In this document: positions 1 through 12,158 of the stretch, one piece after another
Numbering within the stretch: the stretch's first letter is position 1
Layout: each line of letters begins with the position of its first letter
DNA from: Chiloscyllium plagiosum
Lineage: Eukaryota
Reading direction: 5' to 3'
Assembly (NCBI RefSeq): GCF_004010195.1
Contig: NC_057750.1
Location: 3,220,761-3,284,760, forward strand
DNA length: 64,000 nt
The notes under the pieces: model-generated
The model's database searches: none
The model's input: the letters and a program-made list of their open reading frames with translations, nothing else
Told to the model about the DNA's origin: nothing
Position numbers and translations under genes: made by a program

Positions 1-342
1 AAGACTTGAAGCATTAACTCTGCTTCTCTCTTCACAGATGCTGCCAGGCTTGCTGTGTTTCTCCAGCATTTTTCTGTGTTTGTTTTGGAGAAAGAGGCCA
101 TACCTGTATCAGCTCTCTGTAAGAACTATCAATTAGTCTGACTTGCCACTTCTTACCGTATAGTACTGCATATTTTTTTCATTTTCAACTACTTAACTAA
201 TTTTCTTTTGAAAGTCACTATTGATTCTGCTTCTACTGGCATTTTAGCAAACATATTCTAGATTACAATGGTATCCCTTTAAAGATAATAGGTTAAACTG
301 CAACTTTTCATCCATTAACATTTTTGCAATGTTTCCTTCAAG

Positions 343-375
343 TGGACCAGATGATCTGGAATGCAACAAAGTCAG
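343..375 (+). CDS. Candidate internal exon of an unidentified plus-strand neighbouring gene (GPDDLECNKV)
   Basis: cattaac branch-like motif, tttccttcaag| acceptor, strong CAG|gtaagt donor; no homology recognised. Confidence 0.3.
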
Positions 376-429
376 GTAAGTATTGCATTCAGGACAAACT
401 AATCATTGGATTGGGTCTAAAAACAGTTA

Positions 430-2686
430 GGAGAAAGTGAGGTCTGCAGATGCTGGAGATCAGAGTCGAGAGTATGTTGCTGGATAAAGCACAGCAGATC
501 TGGTAGTATCCGAGATGCAAGAGAATCAATGTTTCTGGCATAAGCCATTAATCTGGAATGAGGCTTGTGGGTCGGGGCTGAGAGATAAATGGGAGGGAGC
601 TAGGGGTTGGGGGAAGGTGAGGGAGAAGGTGATAGGTCAGAGGGGGGAGTGGTGGACAGGTCCGGAGGACGGTGCCAAGTTGGAGGCTTGGTACTGGGAT
701 AATGTGGGGGGGGGAGGGAAAATGAGGAAGCTGTTGAAATCTACATTGATCCCATGTGGTTGCAGGATCCCAAGATGGAGTATGAGGCGTTGTTCCTCCA
801 GGTGTCAGGTGGTAAGGGTTTGGCGGTGAAGGCGGTCCAGGATGTGCATGTCCTTGACAGAGTGGGAAGGGGAGTTGAAGTGTTCAGCCACGGGGAGGTG
901 GGGTTTGTGGGTGCAAGTGTCCCAGAGATGTTCTCTGAAATGACCCGATGTAGAGGAGACCGCACTGGGTGCAACCGATGCAGTAGGTGACATTGGTAGA
1001 GGTATAGGTAAATTTCTGACAGATGTGGAAGGATCCCATGGAGCGTTGGACAGAGGTGAGAGGAGTGGTGTGGGCGCAGGTTTTGCACTTCCTTTGGTGG
1101 CAGGGAAAGGTGCTAGGAGTGGTGTGTGGGCTGGTGTGGGTGTGGACCTGCTGAGGGAGGCACAGAGGGAATGGTCTTTCTGGAATGCTGATAGGGGTAG
1201 GGAGGAAAATATATGTTTGGTGGTGGGCTCCGTTTGGTGGTGGTGGAAATGGCGGAGAATGCTGCGATGTATGCAGAGGTTGGTGGGGTGGAAGGTGAGG
1301 ACCAGGGGCAGGGGGGTAGTGTCCTTGTTGCGTTGGGAGGGGTGGGGTTCAAGGGTGGTTAGTCGGTCGCCAGAGATGACGATGGAGAGGTCCAGAAAGG
1401 GGAAGGAGGTGTGCGAAATGGTCCAGGTGAATTTGAGGTCGGGGTGGAAAGTGTTGGTAAAGTTGATGAACTGTTCATCAACTTTACCAATACCTTCCAC
1501 CCCAACTGCAAATTCACCTGGACCATCGTGGTCACCTCCCTCCCCTTCTTGGACCTCTCCATCACTGTCTCTGGCAACCTACTCACCACAGATATCTACT
1601 ACAAGCCCACCGACTCCCACAGCTACGTAGACTACACCTCCTCCCACCCTGCCTCCTGTAAAAATGCCATCCATTATTCCCAATTCCTCTGCCTCTGCCG
1701 CATCTGTTCCCAGGATGACTAATTCCACCTTAGAAAGTCCCAGATGGCCTCCTTCTTCCACAATCGCAACTTCTCTTCCCACATAGTTGAAGATGCCCTC
1801 TAGCGCATCACCTCCACTTCATGCACCACCGCCCTTGTACCCCACCCCTCCCAACACAACAAGGATAGTACACCCAGCCCTTACCCTCCACCCCACCACC
1901 CTTCGCATACATCGCAGCATCCTCCACCACTTCCTCCACCTCCAAACGGACCCCACCACCAAAGATATTCCCCACCCCAATCAGTGTTCTGGAAAGACCA
2001 TTCCCTCTGTGACTCCTTCATCAGGTCCAACCCCTCACCAGCCCACACACCACTCCTGGCACCTTTCCCTGCTACTGCAGGAAGTGCAAAACATTCCCCT
2101 CACCTCCGTCCAAGGCCCCAAGGGATCCTTCCACATCCATCAGAAATTTAACTGTACCTCTACCAATGTCACCCATTGCATCCGTTGCACCGGGTGTGGT
2201 CTCCTCTACATCGGAGACAGGACGCCTCCTTGCGGATCATTTCAGAGAACATCTCTGGGACTCCCGCATCCACCAACCCCACTGCCCCGTGGCTGAACAC
2301 ATCAACTCCCCCTCCCACTCTGTCAAGGACTTGCAGGGCCTCCTTCACTGCCAAACTGTTACCACCAGTCGCCTGGAGGAAGAATACCTTGGGACCCTGC
2401 AACCACACAGGATAAATGTGGATTTCAACAGCTTCCTCATTTCCCCTCCCACCACATTATCCTAGTCCCAAGCCTCTAACTCAGCACTGCCTCTGACCTA
2501 TCACCTCCTCCCTCACCTTTATCCACCTATCACTTTCTCAGCTACCTCCCCCCCTCCCATTTATCTTTCAGTTCCCGACCAACAAGCCTCATTCCTGATG
2601 AAGGGCTTATGCCCGAAACGATGATTCTCCTGCTCCTCGGATACTGCCTGACCTGCTGTGCTTTTCCAGCATCACACTCTCGACTC
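430..2686. mobile_element. Penelope-like element, foldback (inverted) structure; RT C-terminus plus GIY-YIG remnant
   Basis: FTNTFHPxxKFTWTI...PFLDLSI...YYKPTDSHSY and CIRCTGCGLLYIG motifs; left arm minus, right arm plus, symmetry centre gttgatgaa-ctg-ttcatcaac at 1471-1473. Confidence 0.88.
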
Positions 2687-2797
2687 AAAAAACAGTTATT
2701 AAGCTCCTTAATTAACCCTTCAAGTTGCCTGCTAACATTCCTCCATCTACAATGCCTGAACACTGTTTGCTGTGACTATGATGTTGCTAAACTTTAG

Positions 2798-2888
2798 CAC
2801 CCAAATTCAGCCAGAAATGGATACAATGATTTTTACCCTGCATGTTGTCAATGAGCTCAAAAGAAGATTGCTGCTGCCAAATGTATAA
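2798..2888 (+). CDS. Candidate terminal coding exon of the same plus-strand gene (STQIQPEMDTMIFTLHVVNELKRRLLLPNV*)
   Basis: ctttag| acceptor, phase 2 compatible with 343-375, open to TAA, non-repetitive sequence; the acceptor is weak. Confidence 0.25.
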
Positions 2889-3799
2889 TTAGGTTTCACC
2901 CTGAGACAGGGCTTGTTCAGATGTAGAGCAGACAATTTGAAGAGAAATAAGAGCAGTATGTCAGTAAAGGACTAAACATCTTAAAATACTCCTGACTAAC
3001 ACACAAGTGTTGACACAGTGGGCATTATGGAATATTTATGAGTGACAGATGCAGCCCGTGAGACATGCCATTAATTGTTAAGGTTTCAGTGTACTCATTC
3101 AACTACATATTGCTGCTTAAGCACACAGGGATGTAATCAAGTATTGGGGGATCATAAATTCTAATGACACACCTTCGTGTAGTTTTGCTGAATTAAAAAG
3201 ACTATATAAAAATAATCCACGCACAATTTTTAAATTGTCCTTGGGCTACAGGTGAAGCTGGCCAACACATCGCATTCGCATTGGGATTGTAGTAACTCTT
3301 CTTGCTTAGTGGCAATTTTATTTTTAGTTTTACAACTGACTGGCTTATTAGGACACATCAGACGACATTAGAATCACATAGAATAGAGCTGGAGTCATGT
3401 GGAGGCCCAGAGCAGCTGGTGGTGGGGATTCCCTTCTCCAAGGACATCAATGAATGAGCTGAACTTTTTTCAAAAGTCTAGGTGCTGTTCTTGTTTTGCC
3501 TTAAACTAATGTGACACTGCTTGATTTATTGAATTCATTTTCACAATTTATCTTCGTATAATTTGCATTCATGAGGATTCAGTTGCTAGGCTAGTCTCAG
3601 ACAATCTCCCTGGCAACTGAGATTGAACCGCATTGTTTGCAGGTTGCTGTTACACTTGATACCAAAGCGAGATTCTCAACATACAGCTGTTGCCATTACT
3701 AACACAATCTTTTCCACGTCTATAACATTTCCTGACTGTGTCCTACCCTCAGCTTGCTTGCTGCTAAAACTTTCATTCGTCCCTTTGTTGTTTTGAGAT

Positions 3800-4020
3800 T
3801 GGAGATAGTGAGGACTGCAGATGCTGGAAAGTCAGAAACTGATAAAGTGTGGAGCTGGAAAAGGCACAGCAGGTCAAGCAGCATCAGAGGAGCAGGAGAG
3901 TCAACATTTCAGGTTGGGACCTTTCATCAGGACTCCGGTTCTGACATGAAATGTTGACTCTCCTGCACCTCTGGTGCTGCTTGATCTGCTGTGCTTTATC
4001 CAGCTCCACACTTGATTGAC
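3800..4020. mobile_element. Short palindromic Penelope-derived remnant
   Basis: gaggactgcagatgctgg end shared with 430-2686; inverted arms around a degenerate tcatcag hammerhead box. Confidence 0.7.
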
Positions 4021-5096
4021 TCATCTTGACATTTGACTGTTCTAATCCACTTCTGGATGGCTTCCCACATTCTACCATTCATAGACTTAAGGACATCCAA
4101 AACATTGCTGCCCATGTGCTAATTTGCACTCCTGTGCTCTCAGATCTTCATTGGCTTCCAGTCAGGCAATGGCTTAATTTTAAACTTTTACTTCCTGTTT
4201 ACGAATCCCTGGTGGACTCACTCCTTTCCTTTTTCTAACCCATGTCAGCCCCTCAATCCTCATTAAACTCTACAGTCATCTAAGTCTGGCCTCTTGAGCA
4301 TTTAACTGCTTTACCATTGGCACCAGATCTTTACTTGCCTACACCATAAATTCTGAAAATCTTTATCTATCTTTCTCCTCCTTTAAGATACTACTTAAAA
4401 CCTATCTCTTTTAACCAAACTATTAGTCACCCTTATGACACTTTGTGCTCGATGGTAAACTTTATGATTCTGCTATGAAGAAACTTTGTGTTTTATTACA
4501 TGAATAGGCACTGTATAGATGTAAGTTGTTGACGTTGTTATTGTTAACTGCGTCACTTCCGGTACTCTCTCACCCAGGTCAGATGGCATCTAAAGCCTCA
4601 CTTCAGGGCCAAGGGAAGTGCTGTGCTTATGTTGAGATCTTAAACCAAGATTTAGTCTGTTCTCTCAGCTGACATAAAAGAACTAACACAAATGTTTCTT
4701 AGAAGGGAAAAGTGAGTTCTGCCTGGTGTCCTAGCCAGTGTTTACTCCCCCATTACCAAAAGCATGCTATCTTACCTTCATCACATTGTGTTTGTGAGAT
4801 CTTGCTGTGCACAAATTGGCTGTCAAGATTCCTACATTACAACAGTGACTACTCTTCAAAAATACTTAATTGGCTGAAAAATGTTTTGCCATGACCTGAG
4901 TTCAAGAAGGTGCCTTATAAACACCCCTATTTTGGTTATATATCTATCTTTTCTACACTCTGCTTTTTCTTCATTTATCTTCCATTTCTGATTTACACAA
5001 GATTATAATTCCTCAGTAGCCCTCCAAACCGTCACCCTCATACGTGGACTTGGACAAATCTACAAACAAGCTGTTTACCATGATGCACATCATGGC

Positions 5097-5433
5097 TGAA
5101 ATGATTCCTCAGAGTCCAATATCTCATCACCAAGTCACCCTATAGTTACACACGAACAGTCCTTGGCCATAGTACTGCCTCATACAGGGTCAGGTACCAG
5201 AGTGTCAGGATCACTGACACTCACTCTTTTCTTCAATCTTTTTTTTTACTGTCTGACCTTCCTGTTTTATTTTTGTTTTTTTTCTTATTTTTACCCCAAC
5301 ACTACAGCCTAACAGCGGTACTCACCCCTTTTTTCTGCCAGCCAGGGCTCCCTGATTGGACCAGAATTAACAGCTCCAATCAGGAAACTCATACTCTGAG
5401 GTCCAGCTGACTGACCGTATTTCAATCACTGCA
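5097..5433 (-). mobile_element. Probable solo LTR
   Basis: TG...CA termini, inverted CCAAT boxes (gattgg/ccaatc), flanks atggc/gtggt as a possible degenerate 5-bp TSD. Confidence 0.45.
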
Positions 5434-6187
5434 GTGGTCAAGCCTCATTCTGTCCTCATGTCTCAGAATCCCAGATGTATTGTGGTGCAAAAGGATGCCA
5501 TTTGGCCCATCGTGTCTGCACTGACTCTTCAAATGTGCATCATCACCCAATGCTTTGTCTTACTTTGTCTCCATAACTTTGCATGATATTTTTATCCAAA
5601 TAATGTCCTCTTAAAAGCCTCAAATGAACTAATCAACCACACTTCCAGCCAGCGCATTTCCAGTCCCTAGCTACTCACTGTCCCTCACCTGCAGACTCTT
5701 CCTGAAAGGGATCAGTTGCAAATGAGAATGGCTTCTCTTCCAGGGCATGGAGATCTAGTATTCATAGGGTCATAGGTTGCAATCTTAGTTCAGCAGGAGG
5801 CCACTTGGCCCATCATGTGGCCTTTGTAAGAACTGTCCAATTTAGTCCTGCACTCCATTTCTCCATAACCCTGTGAACCCAGCCTTCTTTGGGCTTCAAC
5901 ATGGTTGAAAGTCAGCTAACATGGTGTAGATTAGTTATCAGATCTAGAACACACAGATGCCAGCAAGTAAAATGTTGGTGCAAATTTTGTCAGATTAATT
6001 TCAGAGCCTGGTTATCTCCTTGCTCAAAGTCCTCAAAATCACTTCAGCAGGTGTCCACGGATAGGAACCAGGATGTAACGTCTGGCTGATTTTACCTGCC
6101 CTAATTCAAAGATACAAAGGTTGCATCTGAGTCCAACTAACTCAGCACTGATTGGGGATCAATTCTCTGCTTCATAATGTTTGATTT

Positions 6188-7556
6188 TAACATAGAACAG
6201 TACAGCATAGTACAGGTCCTCTGCCCTTGATGTTGTGCCAACCTTTTATCCTACCCTACATTCCCTTCATTTTACCATCATATATGTGCCTATCCAAGAG
6301 TTGCTTAAATGTCCCTAATGTGTCTGACTCTACCACTGCTGACAGTGCATTCCATGCACCCACCACTCTCTGCATAAAGAACCTACCTCTCTCATCTCCC
6401 TGAAACCTTCCTCCGACCACCTTAAAACTACGCTTTCTCCTGATAGCCATTTCTGCCCTGGGAAAAAAAAGTCTCTGGCTATCCAACCTATCTATGCCTC
6501 TCATCATCTTGTACACCTCTATCAAGTCACCTCTCATCCTTCTTCGCTCCAATGAGAAAAGCCCTAGCTCCCTCAACCCTTCTTCATAAGACATGCCCTT
6601 CAGTCCACGCAGTATCCTGATAAATCTCCTCTGCACCCTCTCTAGGGCTTCTACATCCTTCCTATAATGAGGTGACCAGAACTGAACACAATATTCCAAG
6701 TGTGGTCTAATCAGGGCATTATGGAGCTGCAGCACAAGCTCGCAGTTCTTAAACTCAATTCTTCTGCGCCTTCTTAACAACCCTTTCAACTTGGATAGCA
6801 ACTTTGAGTGATCTACTGATGTGGACTAAGATCCCTCTGTTTCTCCACACTGCCAAGAATCCTGCCTTTAACCCTGTAATCTACATTCAAATTCGACCTT
6901 CCAAAATGAATCAATTCACACTTTACAAGGTTGAACTCCATCTGCCACTTCTCAGCCCATTTCTGGATCCTGTCAATGTCCCATTGCAATCTACAATAGC
7001 CCTCCACACCATCCACAACTCCATCAACTTTAATGTCATCAGCATACTTACTAACCCATCCTTCCAGTTCCTCATCCAAGTCATTTATATAAATCACAAA
7101 GAGCAAAGACCCAGATCCTTGTGGAACACTATTGGTCACCGAGCTCCAGGCTGAACACTTTCCATCTACTACCACCCTCTGTCTTCTTTGTGCCAGCCAA
7201 TTCTGTATACTGACATTCAAATTTTCCTGTATTCCATGCCTCCTTACTTTCTGGGTGAGCCTACCATGGGGAACCTTAATGAACGTTTGGTAAAATCCAT
7301 GTACACCACATCCACTGCTCTACCTTCATCAATGTGTTTTGTCACATCCTCAAAAGATTCAATAAGGCTTGTGAGGCATGACCTGTCCCTCAAAGCCATG
7401 CTGACTATCTGTAATCAAACTATGCTTTTCCAAATAATCATAAATACTGTCTCTCAGAATCTTCTCCAATAATTTGCCCAGCACTGACGTAAGACTTTCT
7501 TGGTATGTAAATCCCAGGGTAATCCCTATTTCCTTTCTTGAACGAGGGAATAACAA
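6188..7556 (-). mobile_element. CR1-clade LINE, 5'-truncated, decayed RT
   Basis: [35 protein letters not shown] motifs with frameshifts. Confidence 0.92.
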
Positions 7557-7764
7557 GGGACACACCATTCAAGTCCTTATGACATTGCAAAGTGCTTCAT
7601 AACCAATGGCATAATTAGCAAGTTTAGTCTCTGCTGTTACCAATATGACTAGTAGTTTGTGCAGATCAAGATCTCAAAATAATGGATGAACAAATGGCAG
7701 ATAATTGGCTTCTGAATATTTTGATGTAACAAATAACTTGGCCAGGAGTGCTTCCTCCTCCTGC

Positions 7765-8290
7765 AGCACAGTGGCTCAGTGGTGAGCATTGCTGCCTAAC
7801 AGCACCATGGACCCAGATTCAATTCCACCCTCAGACAACTGTCTGTATGGAGTTTGCATATTCTCCCCATGTCTGCGTTGGTTTCGTCTAGTTTCCTCCC
7901 ACAGTCCAAAGATGTGTAGGTTAGATGGATTGGCCATGCTAATTTCCCCATAGTATCCAGGGATATGTTGGTTAGGCATGGTGAATGCAGGGGGCTGGAA
8001 AAGCACAGCAGATCAGGTAGTATCTGAGGAGCAGGAGAATCAACGTTTCGGGTAAAAGCCCTTCATCAGGAATTTCTCCAGCTCCTCAGATGCTGCATGA
8101 CCGGCTGTGCTTTTCTAGCACCACACTCTCAACTCTACCTCCAGCATTTGCACTCCTCACTTTCGCCTATGGTAAATGCAGGGCTCCATGGATAGGGTAG
8201 AGGGATGGGATCTGGGTGGGATACTCTTCAGAGGTTCGGTATGGGCTTGATGGGCTGAATGGCTTGCTTCCACACTGCAGGACATCTGTG
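7765..8290 (+). mobile_element. tRNA-derived (HE1-like) SINE interrupted by a Penelope mini-insertion at 7993-8168
   Basis: A-box gtggctcagtgg, B-box-like gattcaattcc, conserved core tggagtttgca; the insert is flanked by ATGGTRAATGCAGGG duplicates. Confidence 0.85.
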
Positions 8291-9105
8291 ATAATGCTGT
8301 ATACTTTACATGTATCTGAAAATGGCCAGGCTTAATGTCTGAACCGTAGTAGTCAGTCTAGATTATCATCATTCACTGGAAGACTCAGCTACTTGCTAGA
8401 TAATCTCCATAACATGCAGACCAGCTATAAATTATAGTTATTAATGTTGACATTTCACAATCTAATTCCAACCAGAAAGAAATTATTGACCTTTTGCCTG
8501 CTGTGTCAAATGAGAATGTAAAATGTAGCCAGGCAAGTCAGCCAGAGACAACTCTATACAAAATTACTGGAGGGGTTGCTAAGGAGATTGCTTATTAATG
8601 GAGGTTTCACCAAGAGGTCAAGTGAAGAAGAAACTAGCATCTCAATTCTCACTACATTCAAAAGCATTTCATAGTCAATTATTTTTTGGAATACAGTCAC
8701 TTTTTGGGGGTGGGGGTGTGGGCATTACAGCACTCAATTGGCATACAGCAAGTTCTCACTAACAGCAATGAGGTAAGTGATCAGATATATTGTTCTGATA
8801 AAGATTGAGGGATAAATATTTAGCAGGTCACTGGAAGAACACCCTTAGACTTCTTCCATGAGTAATCTTTTTCATTCAGCTGAAAAGGCTGACTGAATTT
8901 CAGTTTAATGTTGCATCCAAAGGTACCACCTACTGCATGCAACAGTCCCTCAATCAAAGTATTATAGGATTATCAACTGCAACTCATAACTTCCTAACTC
9001 AGGCTAATTTTTAACCCTCTCTTGGAATTACAGAAACATCATTTAAAAATTCAGTTCAATCCATAGTGTGTGCACTGATTATTCAGCCAAGCAGATGTCA
9101 CTCTC

Positions 9106-9567
9106 CTATAGGATGTTGAGAAACTTGAAAGGGTTCAGAAAGGATTTACAAGGATGTTGCCAAGGTTGGAGGGTTTGAGCTATAGGGAGAAGCTGAATAA
9201 GCTGGGACTGTTCTCCTTGGAGCATTGGAGGCGGAGGGGTGACCTTATAGAGGTTTATAAAATCACGAAGGTGGGGGGAGTCCAGAACTACAGGGCATAG
9301 GTTGAGGGTGAGAGGGGAAAGATTTAAAAGGGACCTAAGAGGCAACTTTTTCATGCAAAGGGTAGTGCGTGTATGGAATGAGCTGCTAGAGGAAGTGGTG
9401 GAGGCTGGTACAATTACAACATTTAAAAGGCATCTGGATGGTTAAATGAATAGGAAGGGTTTTGATCGATATGAGCCAAGTGCTGGCAAATAGGACTAGA
9501 TTAATTTAGGACATGAATGATTTGGTCTGAGGGGTCTGTTTCTCTGCTGTACATCTCTATGACTCTT
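9106..9567 (+). mobile_element. CR1 LINE 3' fragment
   Basis: LERVQKGFTRMLP...LGLFSLE-type sequence and ctctatgactct tail. Confidence 0.88.
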
Positions 9568-11239
9568 AAATGCACATGAAGACAACACAGTATAAAGGGC
9601 CCTTGTGGTGCAGTAGTAGTGTCCCTACCTCTGAGTGAGGAGTCCTGGGTTCAAGTCCCACCTACTCCAGAGGATTCTTTGAATAGGTTAATTTTTTTAA
9701 AAGAAAAAAAACTATTTCAGAAGGAGTGGGAGTTAGACAGTAAACTCCAGTGAGGTCAGCTTCCTGTTTTTAAAAAGGTGAATGCTGAAATAAGGAGATG
9801 TTTTTTTAAAAAATAAAAATAAACAAAATCAATTTCTTTAAATGCAATTTTTTATTATATAGTATGTGTTATAACTACAGTGCATTACAGTGTGCAAAAA
9901 AAATCAAACAAATGAACAATTCCAAATGAGCTACAGTTTTTATATTTAAACTCTTAAAACTGCGAGGTGAGAATTGGTTAATTTCCTGTGGTTTTTACTT
10001 CAAATTGCTGCCATTTTTAACCCACTAAAATTGTAAGCAGTCATTCGCTATGTGGAAAATAGCACATATAGGAAAGTACAAAAACAAAATACTCTACTTT
10101 GGTTGCTGAAATACTCAGTCGGTCTGGTCTGGCAACATCTGTGCAGAGAAATTGAGTTAACAATTCAGGTTGAGATGGTCTTTCATTGGAACATCAAAAG
10201 TGCAGCTTTTTATTTTTATTTTTATTATAGACATTGGGATTTTTAAAAAAATGGGACGTGGATGTTGCTAGCAAGACCATCATTTGTCACCATCCCTAAT
10301 TATCCCTGAACTGCGCTGCTTCCTCCACCATTTGAAGGCAATTAAAAATTACCAATTAAGGATGGCAGATTTTCCCCCTGAAGAACATCAGTGAATCAGA
10401 TGGGTTTCCATGACAATCGACAACAGTTCCATTTTTACCATTACTGACACAAGCTTTTAATCACCGATTTGTTAAACAAACTTAAACCTGAAACCATGTC
10501 CCCAGAGCACAAAAGTAAAACAAAAAACTGCAAATGTAGGAGATCTGAAATAAAAACAGAAATTGCTTGAGAAATTCAGCAGGTCTGGCAACATCTATGG
10601 AGAGAAAGCAGAGTTAGCGCTTCAGGTCTAGTAAACCTTCATCAGTTCTGATGATCTGTTTTCTGCTTTTGTCTCCTCCCTGAGCGTCTATAGATTACTA
10701 GCCTAGTGAAAGTATTGCTACCCTGTCATCTCCCTACTGGTTCACCCTTAACTGAGAGACTGAAGTGAATAGCAAACACAATAGTGCAGTACATTTCTAA
10801 GGTTAGAAATTGTGCAAGAAAAGGAATTAAAAGTAAGAAAGATTTGTGTTTATGTTGTACCTTTCACAACCTAAGATTTCGCAAAGTGTTTTGAAACTAG
10901 TGAGATACTTTTTGAAATGTGGTCACTGTTAAGCAGGAAATATGAGTCTGTCAATTTGTGCAACAATGTAATAACGACCAAGTAATGTTTTCTAATGGTG
11001 ATGATGGTTGAGGTATAAATATTTAGTAAGAACACCAGCAAGCACTTCCCTGTTCTTTGCTATGAAAGACTCAGGCCATCTACTTAACGTCCCATCCTTA
11101 AAACAGCACTTTTGACATTGCAGCTTAATGGACTGGGAATGTTAGTCTGGAGTTTCTGCTCAAATCTCTGGAATGTTAGTTAAATTCACATCTTCGGACT
11201 TAGATGAGAAAGACTATGCAACTCGCTGTCTTAACTAAC

Positions 11240-11576
11240 AGGCTGGGGCTGTTTTCCCTGGAGCGTCAGAGGCTAAAGGGTGACCTCATAGAGGTTTGTA
11301 AAATTATGAGGGGCATGGATAGGATAAATAGACAAAGTCTTTTCCGTGGGGTGGGGGAATCCAGAACTACATGGAATGAGCTGGCGGAGGAACAGTGGAG
11401 GCTAGTACAATTGCAACATTTATAAGGCATTTGGATGGGTATATGAATAGGAAGGGTTTGGAGGGATATGGGCCGGGTGCTGGCTGGTGGGACTAGATTG
11501 CGTTGGGATATCTGGTCAGCATGGACGAGTTGGACTGAAGGGTCTGTTTCCGTGCTGTATATCTCTATGACTCTAT
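11240..11576 (+). mobile_element. CR1 LINE 3' fragment
   Basis: LGLFSLERQRLKGDLIEV; same 3' tail as 9106-9567. Confidence 0.88.
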
Positions 11577-12131
11577 CACTAACTTCCAGTTAACCGATCA
11601 CCTATCTGTATAAATGCAACATATTGTCAACTGGCAGCAAGTTGGAGTTCTGAGAAAACATTTCAAGGATTGAGTCATCAATACAGGGAAAAGATGAGTA
11701 AATGACTTTGAGTTTTCCTGACGGTGCTGGAATTTCTTGTGGTAAGTGTCTCAATGAGCTATCTACAGTAACACATCAGAAATCAATGAGGATTTTTAAA
11801 AATTAATTCATGTGATGAGGACGTCGCTGGCTAGGCTAGCATTTATTATCCATCTCTAATTGCCAGAGCAGAATTAAGAGGCAACTATATTGCTGTGGGT
11901 CTGGAGTCACATGTCAGGTGGCAGTTTCCTTCCCTAAAGGACACTGGGAAACAGATGGATTTTCTAACAATCAACAATGGATTAATGGAGAATTTGCCAT
12001 CGATTTGATGTTATAACCAGGGAGTCCGACTCTGAATGGTTGCCACCAGACTCTCAAGAGCCAAAGCTATTCTGAACCATCTTGAGTGAGAGCTCCTTTT
12101 CCAGCTGAGCGACTATATAGGTTGTAAAATC

Positions 12132-12158
12132 CTAGCTGTACATAGTCATCTGGAGCCA
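12132..12158 (-). CDS. Calpain last coding exon (WLQMTMYS*)
   Basis: Long pyrimidine tract, ctctag|TGG; typical calpain C-terminus WLQxTMY. Confidence 0.93.
   Translation of the reverse strand, partial: WLQMTMYS

Noticed and set aside
2591..2625. Hammerhead copies at 2591-2625, 47150-47223, 57708-57747, 10610-10650 and 60950-60990 as active ribozymes
   Set aside because: Each has a mutated cleavage triplet, GAAA box, C3 or stem III
9811..9856. Poly(A) signals (AATAAA on both strands) as the calpain or neighbouring-gene 3' end
   Set aside because: AT-rich context makes chance hits likely; cannot be assigned without transcript data
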